Positions 31,401 to 41,823 of a stretch of 64,000 bases of DNA are shown one piece after another. The DNA is from Acholeplasmataceae bacterium (lineage in GTDB: Bacteria; Bacillota_I; Bacilli_A; Acholeplasmatales; Acholeplasmataceae): assembly GCA_963667565.1 (NCBI GenBank), contig OY763415.1:1152001-1216000 (forward strand), written 5' to 3'. The notes below the pieces were generated by a model, which saw only the letters and a program-made list of their open reading frames with translations, was not told the origin of the DNA and made no database searches. The translations under genes and the position numbers were made by a program. Position 1 is the stretch's first letter, and each line of letters starts with the position of its first letter.

Positions 31401-31907
31401 TTAAAGTAAAATAATCATGATAATAATTGCAGGAATTAAGACAATCATCGCTGAGATGATGACAAATACATACACGTATTTAGGTACTGGATTTTCTTCA
31501 ATGCTTTTCATATATGTATAATAATCTGTTTTTGGTCTTTTACCTATAAACATACGAAAAAGTGTTTGTGTTGCAAACACGATTGGAGAAAAAATATTTA
31601 AATTATAAACAAATAGTGACCATCCGATTGCAAATTCAATGGCAAATGTAAGCCAAAGTGCATCCCCAAAAGCCATTAATGTATACTCATCTTGCCATAA
31701 CAACCCAAATCCAACTAAAACGACTGTAACAACAATCATAATGAGTGTTAAAATAAGATTTCGTTTTCTAATTTTTTTCTTTTCTAGTGCTTTTGCAATA
31801 TCTACTGGTATTTCTGCTTTTTTAGGTTTTTCAGTAGGTTGTTCGTCTTTGACTAAAAAAGATTCTTCATCATTGACAAACTTAAACTTATTTTTATCTT
31901 CATTCAT
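31401..31907 (-). CDS. DUF3899-like membrane protein
   Basis: 3 TM segments, DYYTY motif, downstream of opp. Confidence 0.6.
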   Translation of the reverse strand: MNEDKNKFKFVNDEESFLVKDEQPTEKPKKAEIPVDIAKALEKKKIRKRNLILTLIMIVVTVVLVGFGLLWQDEYTLMAFGDALWLTFAIEFAIGWSLFVYNLNIFSPIVFATQTLFRMFIGKRPKTDYYTYMKSIEENPVPKYVYVFVIISAMIVLIPAIIIMIILL

Positions 31908-31916
31908 TTAAAATCA

Positions 31917-32690
31917 TTACTCCTCAAAAAGTCCAATCTGTTTTCTAATTTCTTGACAACCATAATAATAGTACTTATTCGCATACTTCGTTTTAGGATT
32001 TAAAAAATAAACTTGATTATCTTTTTCAAAATATCCGACAGTAATATGTATCAAATATTGAAATCTATTTGTAAAACAAATTATTTGATCAATTTCATTT
32101 TCAACTTTATCATTTAATTCATTATATCGCTTATATTGTAAAACAACAATTTTTTTGATGTTTCTTCCTTTGTTATTAAGCATCAGTATTTGATCAATCT
32201 CTCTATCAACTTCTTCTGAATAAAAATCAAAAGCATTTCTTTTAGCAATAAATACGCACTCTAATACTTCTCCTTTATTTGAAATATGATCGAGTTTAGA
32301 GATAAATCTGTAATAGTATACATATTGTGTTGTTTCTTGTCCGAATGTATAACCTTCTTTAATAAAACGATCTAACCACGCCTGTGTAAACAGCTTTTTA
32401 TGTATGTTTACAACGCCTACTTGATCATCTTTCATTCGAAAATATAGGTACTGCATATTATAAAACATAGCTTTATTTCGAGTCGTTAAAACGAAAATAA
32501 AATTTACAATAAGCAACGGAAAAATATAACTTAGCAACAATCCTTCATCAATGAACATAACTTGACTCAAAAAGAAAAACAAGAACATTAATAAGAAGAA
32601 TGGTGTATAGACAAAAAAGAGAATTTTATTTCTCTTTTTTCTATACGAATTCATATATTGTTGTGAGTTACTTATGATTTTGCTTCCCAT
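31917..32690 (-). CDS. Hypothetical membrane-anchored protein
   Basis: Two N-terminal TM segments; start uncertain. Confidence 0.7.
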   Translation of the reverse strand: MGSKIISNSQQYMNSYRKKRNKILFFVYTPFFLLMFLFFFLSQVMFIDEGLLLSYIFPLLIVNFIFVLTTRNKAMFYNMQYLYFRMKDDQVGVVNIHKKLFTQAWLDRFIKEGYTFGQETTQYVYYYRFISKLDHISNKGEVLECVFIAKRNAFDFYSEEVDREIDQILMLNNKGRNIKKIVVLQYKRYNELNDKVENEIDQIICFTNRFQYLIHITVGYFEKDNQVYFLNPKTKYANKYYYYGCQEIRKQIGLFEE

Positions 32691-33463
32691 ATACCGTATA
32701 CTGATGTACGTTGTGTTCTTGTGAAAATGTCACCATTGACATACCAAGTACCACTTCCGTCGCTTCTAGAATTCCAACCTAAGAATGTGTAAAGTGCTGT
32801 ATCATCCATAGTTGGGAAATTAACTTCATCTCCATAATAAACAGTTTGTGAGTTAGGTGTAGATGGACCACCAGCTACTGGATAGTTCACCACGAAAGTC
32901 ACGTTAATGATTGCAGGAGACCAATGTGCATATAATGTAATATCACCAGGTTGACTCGTTGGTGTAATTTGATAACCTGAATCTCCAGGAATGGTTGATG
33001 ATACATCTTCCCAATCATAGAAATACCAAGCAACAAATGTATAGCCAAGTCTTGAAGGTACTGGTAATACTGAACTTGAACCAACTGTAAATGTTGTTGG
33101 ATAAGCTGATGAAGGCATTAATCCTCCATTAGGATCATATGTGATATTGTAAACAACTGGTACCCAACCTGCATAAAGTGTAAGTGATGATTCACCAACT
33201 CTATCATTATCAAAATCCCAAGCTTCTGTTTTTAAGAAATCTTTGTACCATTTGTCAAAAGCATATCCAACTCTTGTTGGGTCATCTGGTTTCACAATAA
33301 GATCACCAGGAGCTAAATGCTTTTCAGTTTCTACCAAAGTAGCTCCAGTGTTTGATGTGAAGAAATAGACACTAATTGAATCATCATATGTTTTAGAATC
33401 AGAACAAGCAAACAAAGTAAGTGATAAAAATAGAACAAATACGAGTAATAAACTTTTTTTCAA
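32672..33463 (-). CDS. InlB B-repeat lipoprotein
   Basis: Lipobox LFAC; three repeats of the P.R.GY.F..W...TLYA.W type; TTG start 9 nt after GGAGG. Confidence 0.85.
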   Translation of the reverse strand: MKKSLLLVFVLFLSLTLFACSDSKTYDDSISVYFFTSNTGATLVETEKHLAPGDLIVKPDDPTRVGYAFDKWYKDFLKTEAWDFDNDRVGESSLTLYAGWVPVVYNITYDPNGGLMPSSAYPTTFTVGSSSVLPVPSRLGYTFVAWYFYDWEDVSSTIPGDSGYQITPTSQPGDITLYAHWSPAIINVTFVVNYPVAGGPSTPNSQTVYYGDEVNFPTMDDTALYTFLGWNSRSDGSGTWYVNGDIFTRTQRTSVYGIWEAKS

Positions 33464-33479
33464 TTTTCATAACCTCCTT

Positions 33480-35339
33480 TTATTTCTTTGCTGCAACACG
33501 TGCATCATATCTAGCTTTAATTTCTTTAAATTCAGCATCATTTGCATAAACTTGATGTCCAGGTGCAACTTCACGTAATGAAGGCTTATCTAGACGATAA
33601 TCATGCATTGATGGATCATAATTCGTTCTTTTTCTACCTTTTTCGTAGTTAGGATCTGGTTCAGGGATCGCTGATAATAACGATACTGTATATGGATGCA
33701 TTGGATTTTCAAATAGCTCTTCTGAAGATGCTAATTCAACAATCTTACCATAATACATAACAGCAATTCTATCACAGAAGAATTTAACAACAGATAAGTC
33801 ATGAGCAACGAATAAAATAGTTAACCCTAATTTTTCTCTTAACTCAGAAAGTAAGTTAATGACTTGGGCACTAATAGATACGTCAAGTGCAGAGATAGGT
33901 TCATCAGCGATGATAACGCTAGGATCCATGATAAGCGCACGAGCAACACCAATTCTTTGTCTTTGTCCACCAGAGAATTCATGTGGATATCTTGTTGCAT
34001 ATTCTGGAAGAAGACCAACAAGTGTCAACACATCTGCAACTTTTTGATCAATTTCAGCTTGTGTATGTTGTCCTAAAATTTTTAAACCTTCACCAATAAT
34101 TTCCTTAACAGTCATTCTAGGGTTAAGAGATGAAATTGGATCTTGGAAAATCATTTGCATTTTTCTTGAAGCCTCAAGCGCATCATTTGATCTATTAACA
34201 GTTTTAATCTCATTAATGATTTCTTTTTGAGCATCAATTTTTTCTTTAGCTGCTTTTCTTACTTCTAAAATCTCATTTTTATGTGATTTAAATGTTTGTA
34301 ATAAACTTTCACCTTTAGGAAGTGCTTTAATTTCTGCTTTTGCATCTGCCTTTAATGATTTAATTTTATTAGCGACTTCTGTAATTTGAGCAAAAGCTTC
34401 TGCTTCTACAGCTTTGATTTTTTCTTTAACTGCTTTTTCATCAGGTTTTGAAATCGCTGCTTTATTTGCTTCAAATGTTTTTTCTAAAGTATCTAATTCA
34501 ACTTTAAGTTGCTTTTTAAGTTCTTTAAGTTTAGCTTGACCTACTTTTTTATCTAATAGATTGAGTCCATCTTTAGCAATCAGTGGTTCATACTTCCCCT
34601 TGAGTTGTTCTTTTTTGTCATGATATTCTGCAGTTAATGCAGCAACTCTTTCTTTAATAACTTCTTTAGTAAGTGCAGAGGACTCCATAAGTCCATCAAC
34701 TTTACGAACATAAGTGTTTTTAGCAATTTTTAACTCGTTTTCGTATTCAACTAATGAAGGATTTGTCATTTCATTTTTAATATCTTGTCGTGCAATGGCA
34801 TTCGCATACTTGAGCTTATCAGCATCAATTAAATATCCATTAACCAAGTCATAAATTTTTTCATTATACTCTGAAATGTTTTTTCTGATTTCATCAATTT
34901 TTTTCTCTGTTTTTACTTCAATCATTCGAATTTCTGCTTCGTAATAAGATACTTGTTGAGCAAGATTTTCTCTAATTCTAACTTTTTCTCTTAAATTAGC
35001 ATTAAAAGATTTAATTGTATTTTTAGTATCTTTTTTAATCTTACGAATGATTTCTTGATTTGAAGTATACCCACCAGAAATAGTAACACCATCAAGATCA
35101 CAAGATCCATCAGTTGGAGAGTATAGTTTAATAATGGTACGTCCAGTTGTTGTTTTACCACAACCAGATTCACCAACTAAACCAAACACTTCTTTTTTAT
35201 AAACATCAAAAGTAACACCATCAACAGCAGGGATAACTAATTTATTTTTACCTGCTCCTGAATAAAAGTATTTTTTAAGATTTTTTACTTCTAAGACTTT
35301 TTCGTTGTAGTCTACTTGAATTCTATCGTTTTTATTCAT
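33480..35339 (-). CDS. oppF: Oligopeptide ABC ATPase OppF with long coiled-coil insertion
   Basis: GESGCGKTT...[24 protein letters not shown]. Confidence 0.93.
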   Translation of the reverse strand: MNKNDRIQVDYNEKVLEVKNLKKYFYSGAGKNKLVIPAVDGVTFDVYKKEVFGLVGESGCGKTTTGRTIIKLYSPTDGSCDLDGVTISGGYTSNQEIIRKIKKDTKNTIKSFNANLREKVRIRENLAQQVSYYEAEIRMIEVKTEKKIDEIRKNISEYNEKIYDLVNGYLIDADKLKYANAIARQDIKNEMTNPSLVEYENELKIAKNTYVRKVDGLMESSALTKEVIKERVAALTAEYHDKKEQLKGKYEPLIAKDGLNLLDKKVGQAKLKELKKQLKVELDTLEKTFEANKAAISKPDEKAVKEKIKAVEAEAFAQITEVANKIKSLKADAKAEIKALPKGESLLQTFKSHKNEILEVRKAAKEKIDAQKEIINEIKTVNRSNDALEASRKMQMIFQDPISSLNPRMTVKEIIGEGLKILGQHTQAEIDQKVADVLTLVGLLPEYATRYPHEFSGGQRQRIGVARALIMDPSVIIADEPISALDVSISAQVINLLSELREKLGLTILFVAHDLSVVKFFCDRIAVMYYGKIVELASSEELFENPMHPYTVSLLSAIPEPDPNYEKGRKRTNYDPSMHDYRLDKPSLREVAPGHQVYANDAEFKEIKARYDARVAAKK

Positions 35340-36366
35340 GAACTACACCACCTTTTTTAGATAAATTAACAACTGCAGAAGGTGGAGTCACTTTAGGTGC
35401 ATCTGGGTGTAACAACCAAGTTGCTGCATAATGTGTATCTGTGACTTTAAACATTGGTGGCTCTTCAATAAAATCAATTTCCATAGCGTATTGATTTCTT
35501 GGAGCAAATGCATCACCTTTAGGTGGATAAATCATATTAGGAGGTGTACCAGCAATAGCATCTAGTTTTCTAGAAGTTGCTAAATTTGGCATTGATGAAA
35601 GTAACGCCCAAGTATATGGATGTTTTGGATTATAGAATACTTCTTCTGTTTTCCCAACTTCAACAATCTTACCTGCATACATAACTGCAATTCTATCAGC
35701 AACGTTAGCAACAACACCTAAGTCATGTGTAATAAAGATAACTGTTAATTTCTTTTCTTTCTTTAAATCGTTAATAAGTTCAAGAATTTGCCCTTGAATT
35801 GTAACGTCTAACGCAGTTGTTGGTTCATCACAAATCAAGATTTCAGCATTATTAGCTAATGCGATTGAAATAACGATTCTTTGTCTCATCCCACCTGAAA
35901 ATTGGAAAGGATAACGATTATATCTCTTTTCTGCTTCTGGAATACCTACTGATTGCATAAGTTCGATTGCTCTTTGCTTAGCTACATCTTTAGGCATTTT
36001 AGTTTTAAGCATTAAAGCTTCAGAAATTTGTTTACCAACAGTCATAATTGGATTTAAAGAACTCATTGGATCTTGGAAAATCATAGAGATTTTAGATCCA
36101 CGAATTTCATTAAATAATTCTTCATCAATTTGCATTAAGTTTCTACCTGCATACATAATAGATCCACCTTCGTAGATTGAATTACCTGCAAGTAAACCCA
36201 TGATTGCTCTTGATGTAACACTTTTACCTGAACCTGATTCACCAACAATTGCTAATGTTTCACCTTTAAATAAATCAAAAGAAACACCACGAACTGCTTG
36301 TAAGATTCCATATTGAGTTTTAAATGAAATAGCCAAATCTTTGACTTCAATAATTTTTTCAGCCAT
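35332..36366 (-). CDS. oppD: Oligopeptide ABC ATPase OppD
   Basis: [24 protein letters not shown]. Confidence 0.95.
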   Translation of the reverse strand: MAEKIIEVKDLAISFKTQYGILQAVRGVSFDLFKGETLAIVGESGSGKSVTSRAIMGLLAGNSIYEGGSIMYAGRNLMQIDEELFNEIRGSKISMIFQDPMSSLNPIMTVGKQISEALMLKTKMPKDVAKQRAIELMQSVGIPEAEKRYNRYPFQFSGGMRQRIVISIALANNAEILICDEPTTALDVTIQGQILELINDLKKEKKLTVIFITHDLGVVANVADRIAVMYAGKIVEVGKTEEVFYNPKHPYTWALLSSMPNLATSRKLDAIAGTPPNMIYPPKGDAFAPRNQYAMEIDFIEEPPMFKVTDTHYAATWLLHPDAPKVTPPSAVVNLSKKGGVVHE

Positions 36367-37793
36367 TATTCAACACCTCTCAATGATGGATTAAATGCAT
36401 CTCTTAAACCATTACCAAACAAGTTAAATGCAATCATTAAAATTGCAATATAAGCTGATGGGAATAGTAATTGATGAGGGTATGTTGCCATTGACGCTTG
36501 TCCTTGGCTAATAAGCATACCTACAGAGGTTGCATTTGAATAGTCAATAATATTTAAGAATGAATATGTAGCTTCTAAGAAGACAAATGATGGAATCGCA
36601 AGCGCATATCCTGTAACAAGTAATCCTAATGTATTTGGGAAAATATGTTTAAACATGATACGTGAGTCTTTTGCACCAAGTGTTCTAGCTGCTAGAACAT
36701 ACTCTCTATTTTTAAATCGATAAAACTGCATACGTGCGGTTCCATAGTTACCTATCCAACCGGTCAACGTAAAGGCAATGATAACAATAAACATACTAGT
36801 TCCATAACGTAAAATCATTAAAGTGATTACTGATAACAATGGAATTGAGGCTAAAATTTCAACAAGTCTATCCATCATTAAGTCAACTGCACCACCATAA
36901 TAACCAGCGATAGCTCCTAGTAATAATCCTATAAACGCATTGACAACAATAACACTTATCGCCATGAATATAGAAATTCTAGCACCTTGCCAAATGGACG
37001 TGAACAAGTCATGACCATCATTAGTCGTACCAAACCAGAAATAAGTATCTTCAGGTGATTGGTCAAGTGCAAATAAGAATTCATTCATTCTTACATTGTA
37101 TTGATAGTATTGCGTACCATCATCAGTTCCTTGAACAGTAATACTTAAAATATCAATAATATAATTTTTCGCTAAATATTCTTGATATTTGTCTTCAGTG
37201 ATTGTTCTTGTAACAGATCCAAGTGGATCCACATAGTTTACATCACCAATGACATAACCATTTGCTTCGTTATATGAAACATTTGCAAAATAATCAAATG
37301 GCATATATGATTTAATGAAATTAATATATTTATAATAATCAACAGTTACTGTTAAGCTTGTGACATCAGCATATGCTGGATCATCTGGATTATCAATAAG
37401 TGCTTGTGGCATACCATCTAGAATAATGTTTTCTTCAAAATCTGAATTATACATATATACTAAGAATCTTTTACCAGCAGTAATAGTTTTTGTCCCATCA
37501 AAAATACCCCATTTTTCTAATACAGGAATTTTTGGTGTTAAATCAGCTAAACGTGAAGCTTCATTGCTATCTGTTTCAGGTAAATCATATACTTTCATAT
37601 ATGGCCCGAATACAACAAAGAACATAATGATACAAATAATAACAAACGCAGCTAAAGAAGCTTTATTTTTCTTAAAGCGATTCCATGAATCTTGGTAATA
37701 ACCAATCTCTTTAGTTTCTAATTTAACTTCGTCAATGTGCTCATCAGCATTGCGCACTAAGACTAATTTTGATTTGTCGATATCTTTTATCAT
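36366..37793 (-). CDS. oppC: Oligopeptide ABC permease OppC with large extracytoplasmic loop
   Basis: FWFGT...G.D, EYVLAARTLGA, GNGLRDAFNP. Confidence 0.93.
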   Translation of the reverse strand: MIKDIDKSKLVLVRNADEHIDEVKLETKEIGYYQDSWNRFKKNKASLAAFVIICIIMFFVVFGPYMKVYDLPETDSNEASRLADLTPKIPVLEKWGIFDGTKTITAGKRFLVYMYNSDFEENIILDGMPQALIDNPDDPAYADVTSLTVTVDYYKYINFIKSYMPFDYFANVSYNEANGYVIGDVNYVDPLGSVTRTITEDKYQEYLAKNYIIDILSITVQGTDDGTQYYQYNVRMNEFLFALDQSPEDTYFWFGTTNDGHDLFTSIWQGARISIFMAISVIVVNAFIGLLLGAIAGYYGGAVDLMMDRLVEILASIPLLSVITLMILRYGTSMFIVIIAFTLTGWIGNYGTARMQFYRFKNREYVLAARTLGAKDSRIMFKHIFPNTLGLLVTGYALAIPSFVFLEATYSFLNIIDYSNATSVGMLISQGQASMATYPHQLLFPSAYIAILMIAFNLFGNGLRDAFNPSLRGVE

Positions 37794-38755
37794 GATAACT
37801 TCCCACTTCCGAATCTAATTCTAGGATCAAACAGCGTATATGAAATATCATTAATTATTGCTGATAATAATGTAATGAATTGAGAAAATGCTGTAATTAG
37901 CATAATGAGTGCGTAGTCTCTATTATTAAAGGCTTGAAGATACATACGTCCAGTACCATCAACCCTAAATATGCGTTCTGTAATAATCCCACCGCTTAAA
38001 ATACCAATAATACCGATGAATACCCCTGGTAAGAATGGTACCAATGCATTTTTCAAGGCATGTCTATAGACAGCTTGATTTTTTGTTAAACCTTTTGATC
38101 TTGCTAATAACATGTATTCGCCAGTGATTTGTTCAGTAAGCTCAGCACGAACTGATCTCGCAAATCCAGGAATACTAGACACTGTTAAAACGATAACTGG
38201 CATAACATAAGTGCTTAATCCATAAGCAACACCAAGTTGTTCAAACTCCGAGGTGGTTGCGATGTATGGGGTCGGCGCCCAATGTAATTGAAAATAAAAT
38301 AAGTATTGTGATAATACAGCTACCACAAAGAATGGTACTGAGATAAAAATCATAATACCAACGGAAATCATTTGATCGGGTAACTTGTTTTTATTAAGTG
38401 CAGCGAGAACTCCTAAACCAATTGCAAACGGAATAGAGAGAAAATAAGGCACGATATTGATTCTAATTGATGCTGGAATTTTGCTAAAATATACAGTTGC
38501 TACATCACGATGTAGTTGTGCTGAATACCCAAATGATCCGTCAACAAATATGTTTCTTACCCAAAGCCAAAATTGGACGGGAATTGGTTCATTCCATCCT
38601 TCTCTTTCTGCGTTAACTTGATACCATGTGTCATCGGTTAATGGTTGTTGAACATGATTATCAGGCATTAATTTAATTACGACGAAGATTACAAAAATTG
38701 TGATGAAAAAGGTAATTACCATCAATCCAATTCTCTTAAGCAAATATCTCCACAA
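37790..38755 (-). CDS. oppB: Oligopeptide ABC permease OppB
   Basis: YLLKRI, ARSKGL, HALKNA, DPRIR. Confidence 0.94.
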   Translation of the reverse strand: MWRYLLKRIGLMVITFFITIFVIFVVIKLMPDNHVQQPLTDDTWYQVNAEREGWNEPIPVQFWLWVRNIFVDGSFGYSAQLHRDVATVYFSKIPASIRINIVPYFLSIPFAIGLGVLAALNKNKLPDQMISVGIMIFISVPFFVVAVLSQYLFYFQLHWAPTPYIATTSEFEQLGVAYGLSTYVMPVIVLTVSSIPGFARSVRAELTEQITGEYMLLARSKGLTKNQAVYRHALKNALVPFLPGVFIGIIGILSGGIITERIFRVDGTGRMYLQAFNNRDYALIMLITAFSQFITLLSAIINDISYTLFDPRIRFGSGKLS

Positions 38756-38976
38756 TTTGCATCACTCCTTTAATTTTTGAGATTTATACTACGTATAATG
38801 CTCTAGTAAATTTATATTGTCTTACTTATTATATCAAAATATAACAAATATTCAACAAACTTTATACTATAAGTATAAAATTTGATATTTTTTACAGAAC
38901 AAACGAGCCCGAGATAGTCAAATCTCAGGCTCAGTTCATCTATAAATTATTTGTATTTAAGAATGACTATTGAAAA

Positions 38977-41640
38977 TTACTCAGCAAAATCAGGGTCAGT
39001 ATTTAAATATCTATATCTATTAGAACCCCAGCCAAATGCTGTTGAGTATGCTGGCCATTCGATAACTACGTTAGCAGCATAAACTGTAGCTGATGAACGA
39101 GTTACTGTTGGGATAAGTGGTACATATTCGAAGAATACTTCTTCAAATGCTGCAACAAATGCCCATGTGTCAACTGTAGCACCACTGAATGGTTCAGCAG
39201 CTGATCCATCCCATGGAGTATCATAAGCAACTGTTAAAATACCTAAGTCATAAACTGAACCTTGGTAAATACCAGCAGGTTTAGTTTCACCAGTTACTTC
39301 GTCAACTGAAGCTTGTAGGTAACCCCATAATAATAAGTGACCTTCAAGTTCGTTTTCTGTCATGTAGTCTTCACCAAGTGCATCTAAGTAGTTATAAGTA
39401 TTAGTTAAATCTACTGTAATTTCAGCATTTAAGTATAGACCATAGCCATCTTCTTGTGAAGCATCATATGGTTGTGAAAGACCTAATGATCCACCACCAA
39501 TGATATCGCCCATAAATGAGATAGCTGGATATTGCCACCAAACACCTGTTGATGAACCAAATCCGATTGAGTTAAGTGAGATATCAAAATCCCAATTACC
39601 TAAGTCAGCTCTAACACCTGTAGTGTCTTTCTTATCTAAAACGATATCGAATTTATCTGCACCAAATAAAGCTTCATATGATGATTCAACATATTCTGCT
39701 AATGATACAGCGAAATCGTCACTATTTGTTAATAATTCAATTGTAACTTTACCTGTATTTCCTGCAGCTACCCAATCAGCATAAGCTGCATTGAATAATT
39801 CAACTGCTTTAGTTGGAATATATCCATTTGAACTTGGATCAATACCTAAACCTTCTAATACAGCTAAATGAGCAGGTGATTGTGAATAGTATAATGCATC
39901 TTGAATATATGATTTAGTATCAAGTGGTACTGGAAGTAATGATGCAGTATTTGGAGCATATACGTTTGTAGCATAATATCCTCTATCAAAACCGTATAAT
40001 AACGCTTGTCTGAATCTTACATCAAATAAGATTTCTGGACGAGCTGCAGCGCCTTCAACATCAGCATCAGCTGTATTGATAATTAAATATTGTGGATATC
40101 CATCCCAAGATTTGTATAAATTATCAGATTCAGCATATTTAGCATAGAAATCGTTTGTTAAGCCAAGAGCAGATAATGAACCTTCAGCAAATAATGCTTC
40201 TCTTGCATCTTCTGTATCAACGATTTGATATACATAGCTCTTATAGTTTACAGTATCTTTTGCAACATATTCATAGTTCTTATTGAATACTAATTTTTGG
40301 TTTTCATCCCAAGTCTTTAAGATATATGCACCATATGATACATATGGACTTTCTGGAGTACCATAAGTTGATTCATTACCATCATTGTTTAATGAAGCTG
40401 CATATGCAGTTGGTTCAACTAATCTTAAATCATTACCAAATGCAACAGCAGTAGCTTGTGATTTAGCAGTACTAAATGTAACTGTGAAAGTATAATCATC
40501 AACAACTTCAAAACCTACTTGATCCCAAGTTGCAGTACCTGTGAAATATTCATATGAATTTACAATTGGATAACCATTTTTGTTAGCTTCTGTGTAATAG
40601 AAAATATTTGCACGGTAGTTATTTTGAGTACCATCTAGGAATTGTTTTAAAGTATATTCATAAGTAGCAGCAGTAATTGGTGTACCATCTTCGAATTGTA
40701 AATCATCTCTTAAATGGAATGTCCAAACTGTGTCAGTATATGTAGTAGCAGCAGCTCTATCATATTGACCATCTGCAGTTAAGTGTTCATCACCATTAGC
40801 ATCTGTTGGATATTGTGTAGCACCAACTAATACATAATGATAATCTAACGCTTCAATTGAATAAGTACCATCTGGGTTACCTGCGCTGTAGATTTTAGAA
40901 AAATCGCCAGGAGCATCAGCAACGCCTTCTTCAATAGCTAAATCCCAATCTACTTCTGTTGAATATAATGGAGTTGACATTAAGTCGATGAATGCATCTT
41001 CATGACTCCATTGATATACAAGTGGGTTTAAGATAATTGAAGAACTTGAATCTAAACTTGTGAAATATGTTTCACCATCTGTATAAGTAGCAGCTTTTGA
41101 GTTTAGTGGTTCCCAATATGCATAAAATTCAGTAGATGCACTGATTTCTAATGGGAATGATACAGCTTGTGGTTCTAACCAAGTAAGACCGGCTTTACCT
41201 TCAAACCAACCACCAAATCTATAACCAGCTCTTTCTGGAGCAGCTGGTGCTTCAGCAATCGTACCGCCATCACCATCTACATAGACTGGATCAACAGTAA
41301 GACCTGTAACTTTTGTATTAAAACGAACTACTATATTATCTGACCAAACAGCATATAGTGTTAAATCACCTTCAACTGGTGCACTGAAATCATAGCTTGA
41401 ACCTGAACCGTCAGCATTTTCATACCAACCAACAAAGCTCCATGCTACGTTTACATCATCACTTGCTTTTGTAGGTGCAGCTGGTTCAGCAACCATTTCG
41501 CCTTCTTTGACGTCAACAGCAGCTACAGCAGTACCGCCTTGTGAGTCAAATGTAACTGTATATGTTATAGAACATGCAGCTAATAAGACCATAACAAAAG
41601 CGAATGACACAACTAGCAATAACTTTTTAGTAACTTTCAT
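38977..41640 (-). CDS. oppA: Family-5 substrate-binding lipoprotein OppA with two N-terminal InlB B-repeats
   Basis: Lipobox LAAC; WTFHLRDDLQFEDGTPITA, FRQAL; repeats TVTFDSQGG...LTLYAVW. Confidence 0.88.
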   Translation of the reverse strand: MKVTKKLLLVVSFAFVMVLLAACSITYTVTFDSQGGTAVAAVDVKEGEMVAEPAAPTKASDDVNVAWSFVGWYENADGSGSSYDFSAPVEGDLTLYAVWSDNIVVRFNTKVTGLTVDPVYVDGDGGTIAEAPAAPERAGYRFGGWFEGKAGLTWLEPQAVSFPLEISASTEFYAYWEPLNSKAATYTDGETYFTSLDSSSSIILNPLVYQWSHEDAFIDLMSTPLYSTEVDWDLAIEEGVADAPGDFSKIYSAGNPDGTYSIEALDYHYVLVGATQYPTDANGDEHLTADGQYDRAAATTYTDTVWTFHLRDDLQFEDGTPITAATYEYTLKQFLDGTQNNYRANIFYYTEANKNGYPIVNSYEYFTGTATWDQVGFEVVDDYTFTVTFSTAKSQATAVAFGNDLRLVEPTAYAASLNNDGNESTYGTPESPYVSYGAYILKTWDENQKLVFNKNYEYVAKDTVNYKSYVYQIVDTEDAREALFAEGSLSALGLTNDFYAKYAESDNLYKSWDGYPQYLIINTADADVEGAAARPEILFDVRFRQALLYGFDRGYYATNVYAPNTASLLPVPLDTKSYIQDALYYSQSPAHLAVLEGLGIDPSSNGYIPTKAVELFNAAYADWVAAGNTGKVTIELLTNSDDFAVSLAEYVESSYEALFGADKFDIVLDKKDTTGVRADLGNWDFDISLNSIGFGSSTGVWWQYPAISFMGDIIGGGSLGLSQPYDASQEDGYGLYLNAEITVDLTNTYNYLDALGEDYMTENELEGHLLLWGYLQASVDEVTGETKPAGIYQGSVYDLGILTVAYDTPWDGSAAEPFSGATVDTWAFVAAFEEVFFEYVPLIPTVTRSSATVYAANVVIEWPAYSTAFGWGSNRYRYLNTDPDFAE

Positions 41641-41725
41641 TAGTTTACTCTCTCCTTTTTAAACTATTTTTTAAAATTATACCAAAAATAATGTGAAATT
41701 CTATTAAATTATGAAAAATTGTCCA

Positions 41726-41739
41726 TGAAAACGTTTTAT
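41726..41739. promoter_or_regulatory. cre-like site upstream of oppA
   Basis: TGAAAACGTTTTAT. Confidence 0.5.
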
Positions 41740-41823
41740 TTTCCTTTTTGGCTCTAGGATTTTAACAAAATGTTCTCTTTTGGACAATTTTTCGTAAATT
41801 TTTATGTTTTTTTCTTTTCTATA

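Noticed and set aside
33399..33470. Out-of-frame ATG and A7 tract at the InlB lipoprotein start, suggesting phase variation
   Set aside because: The ATG is only 2 nt from GGAGG; the in-frame TTG has good spacing and gives an intact signal peptide
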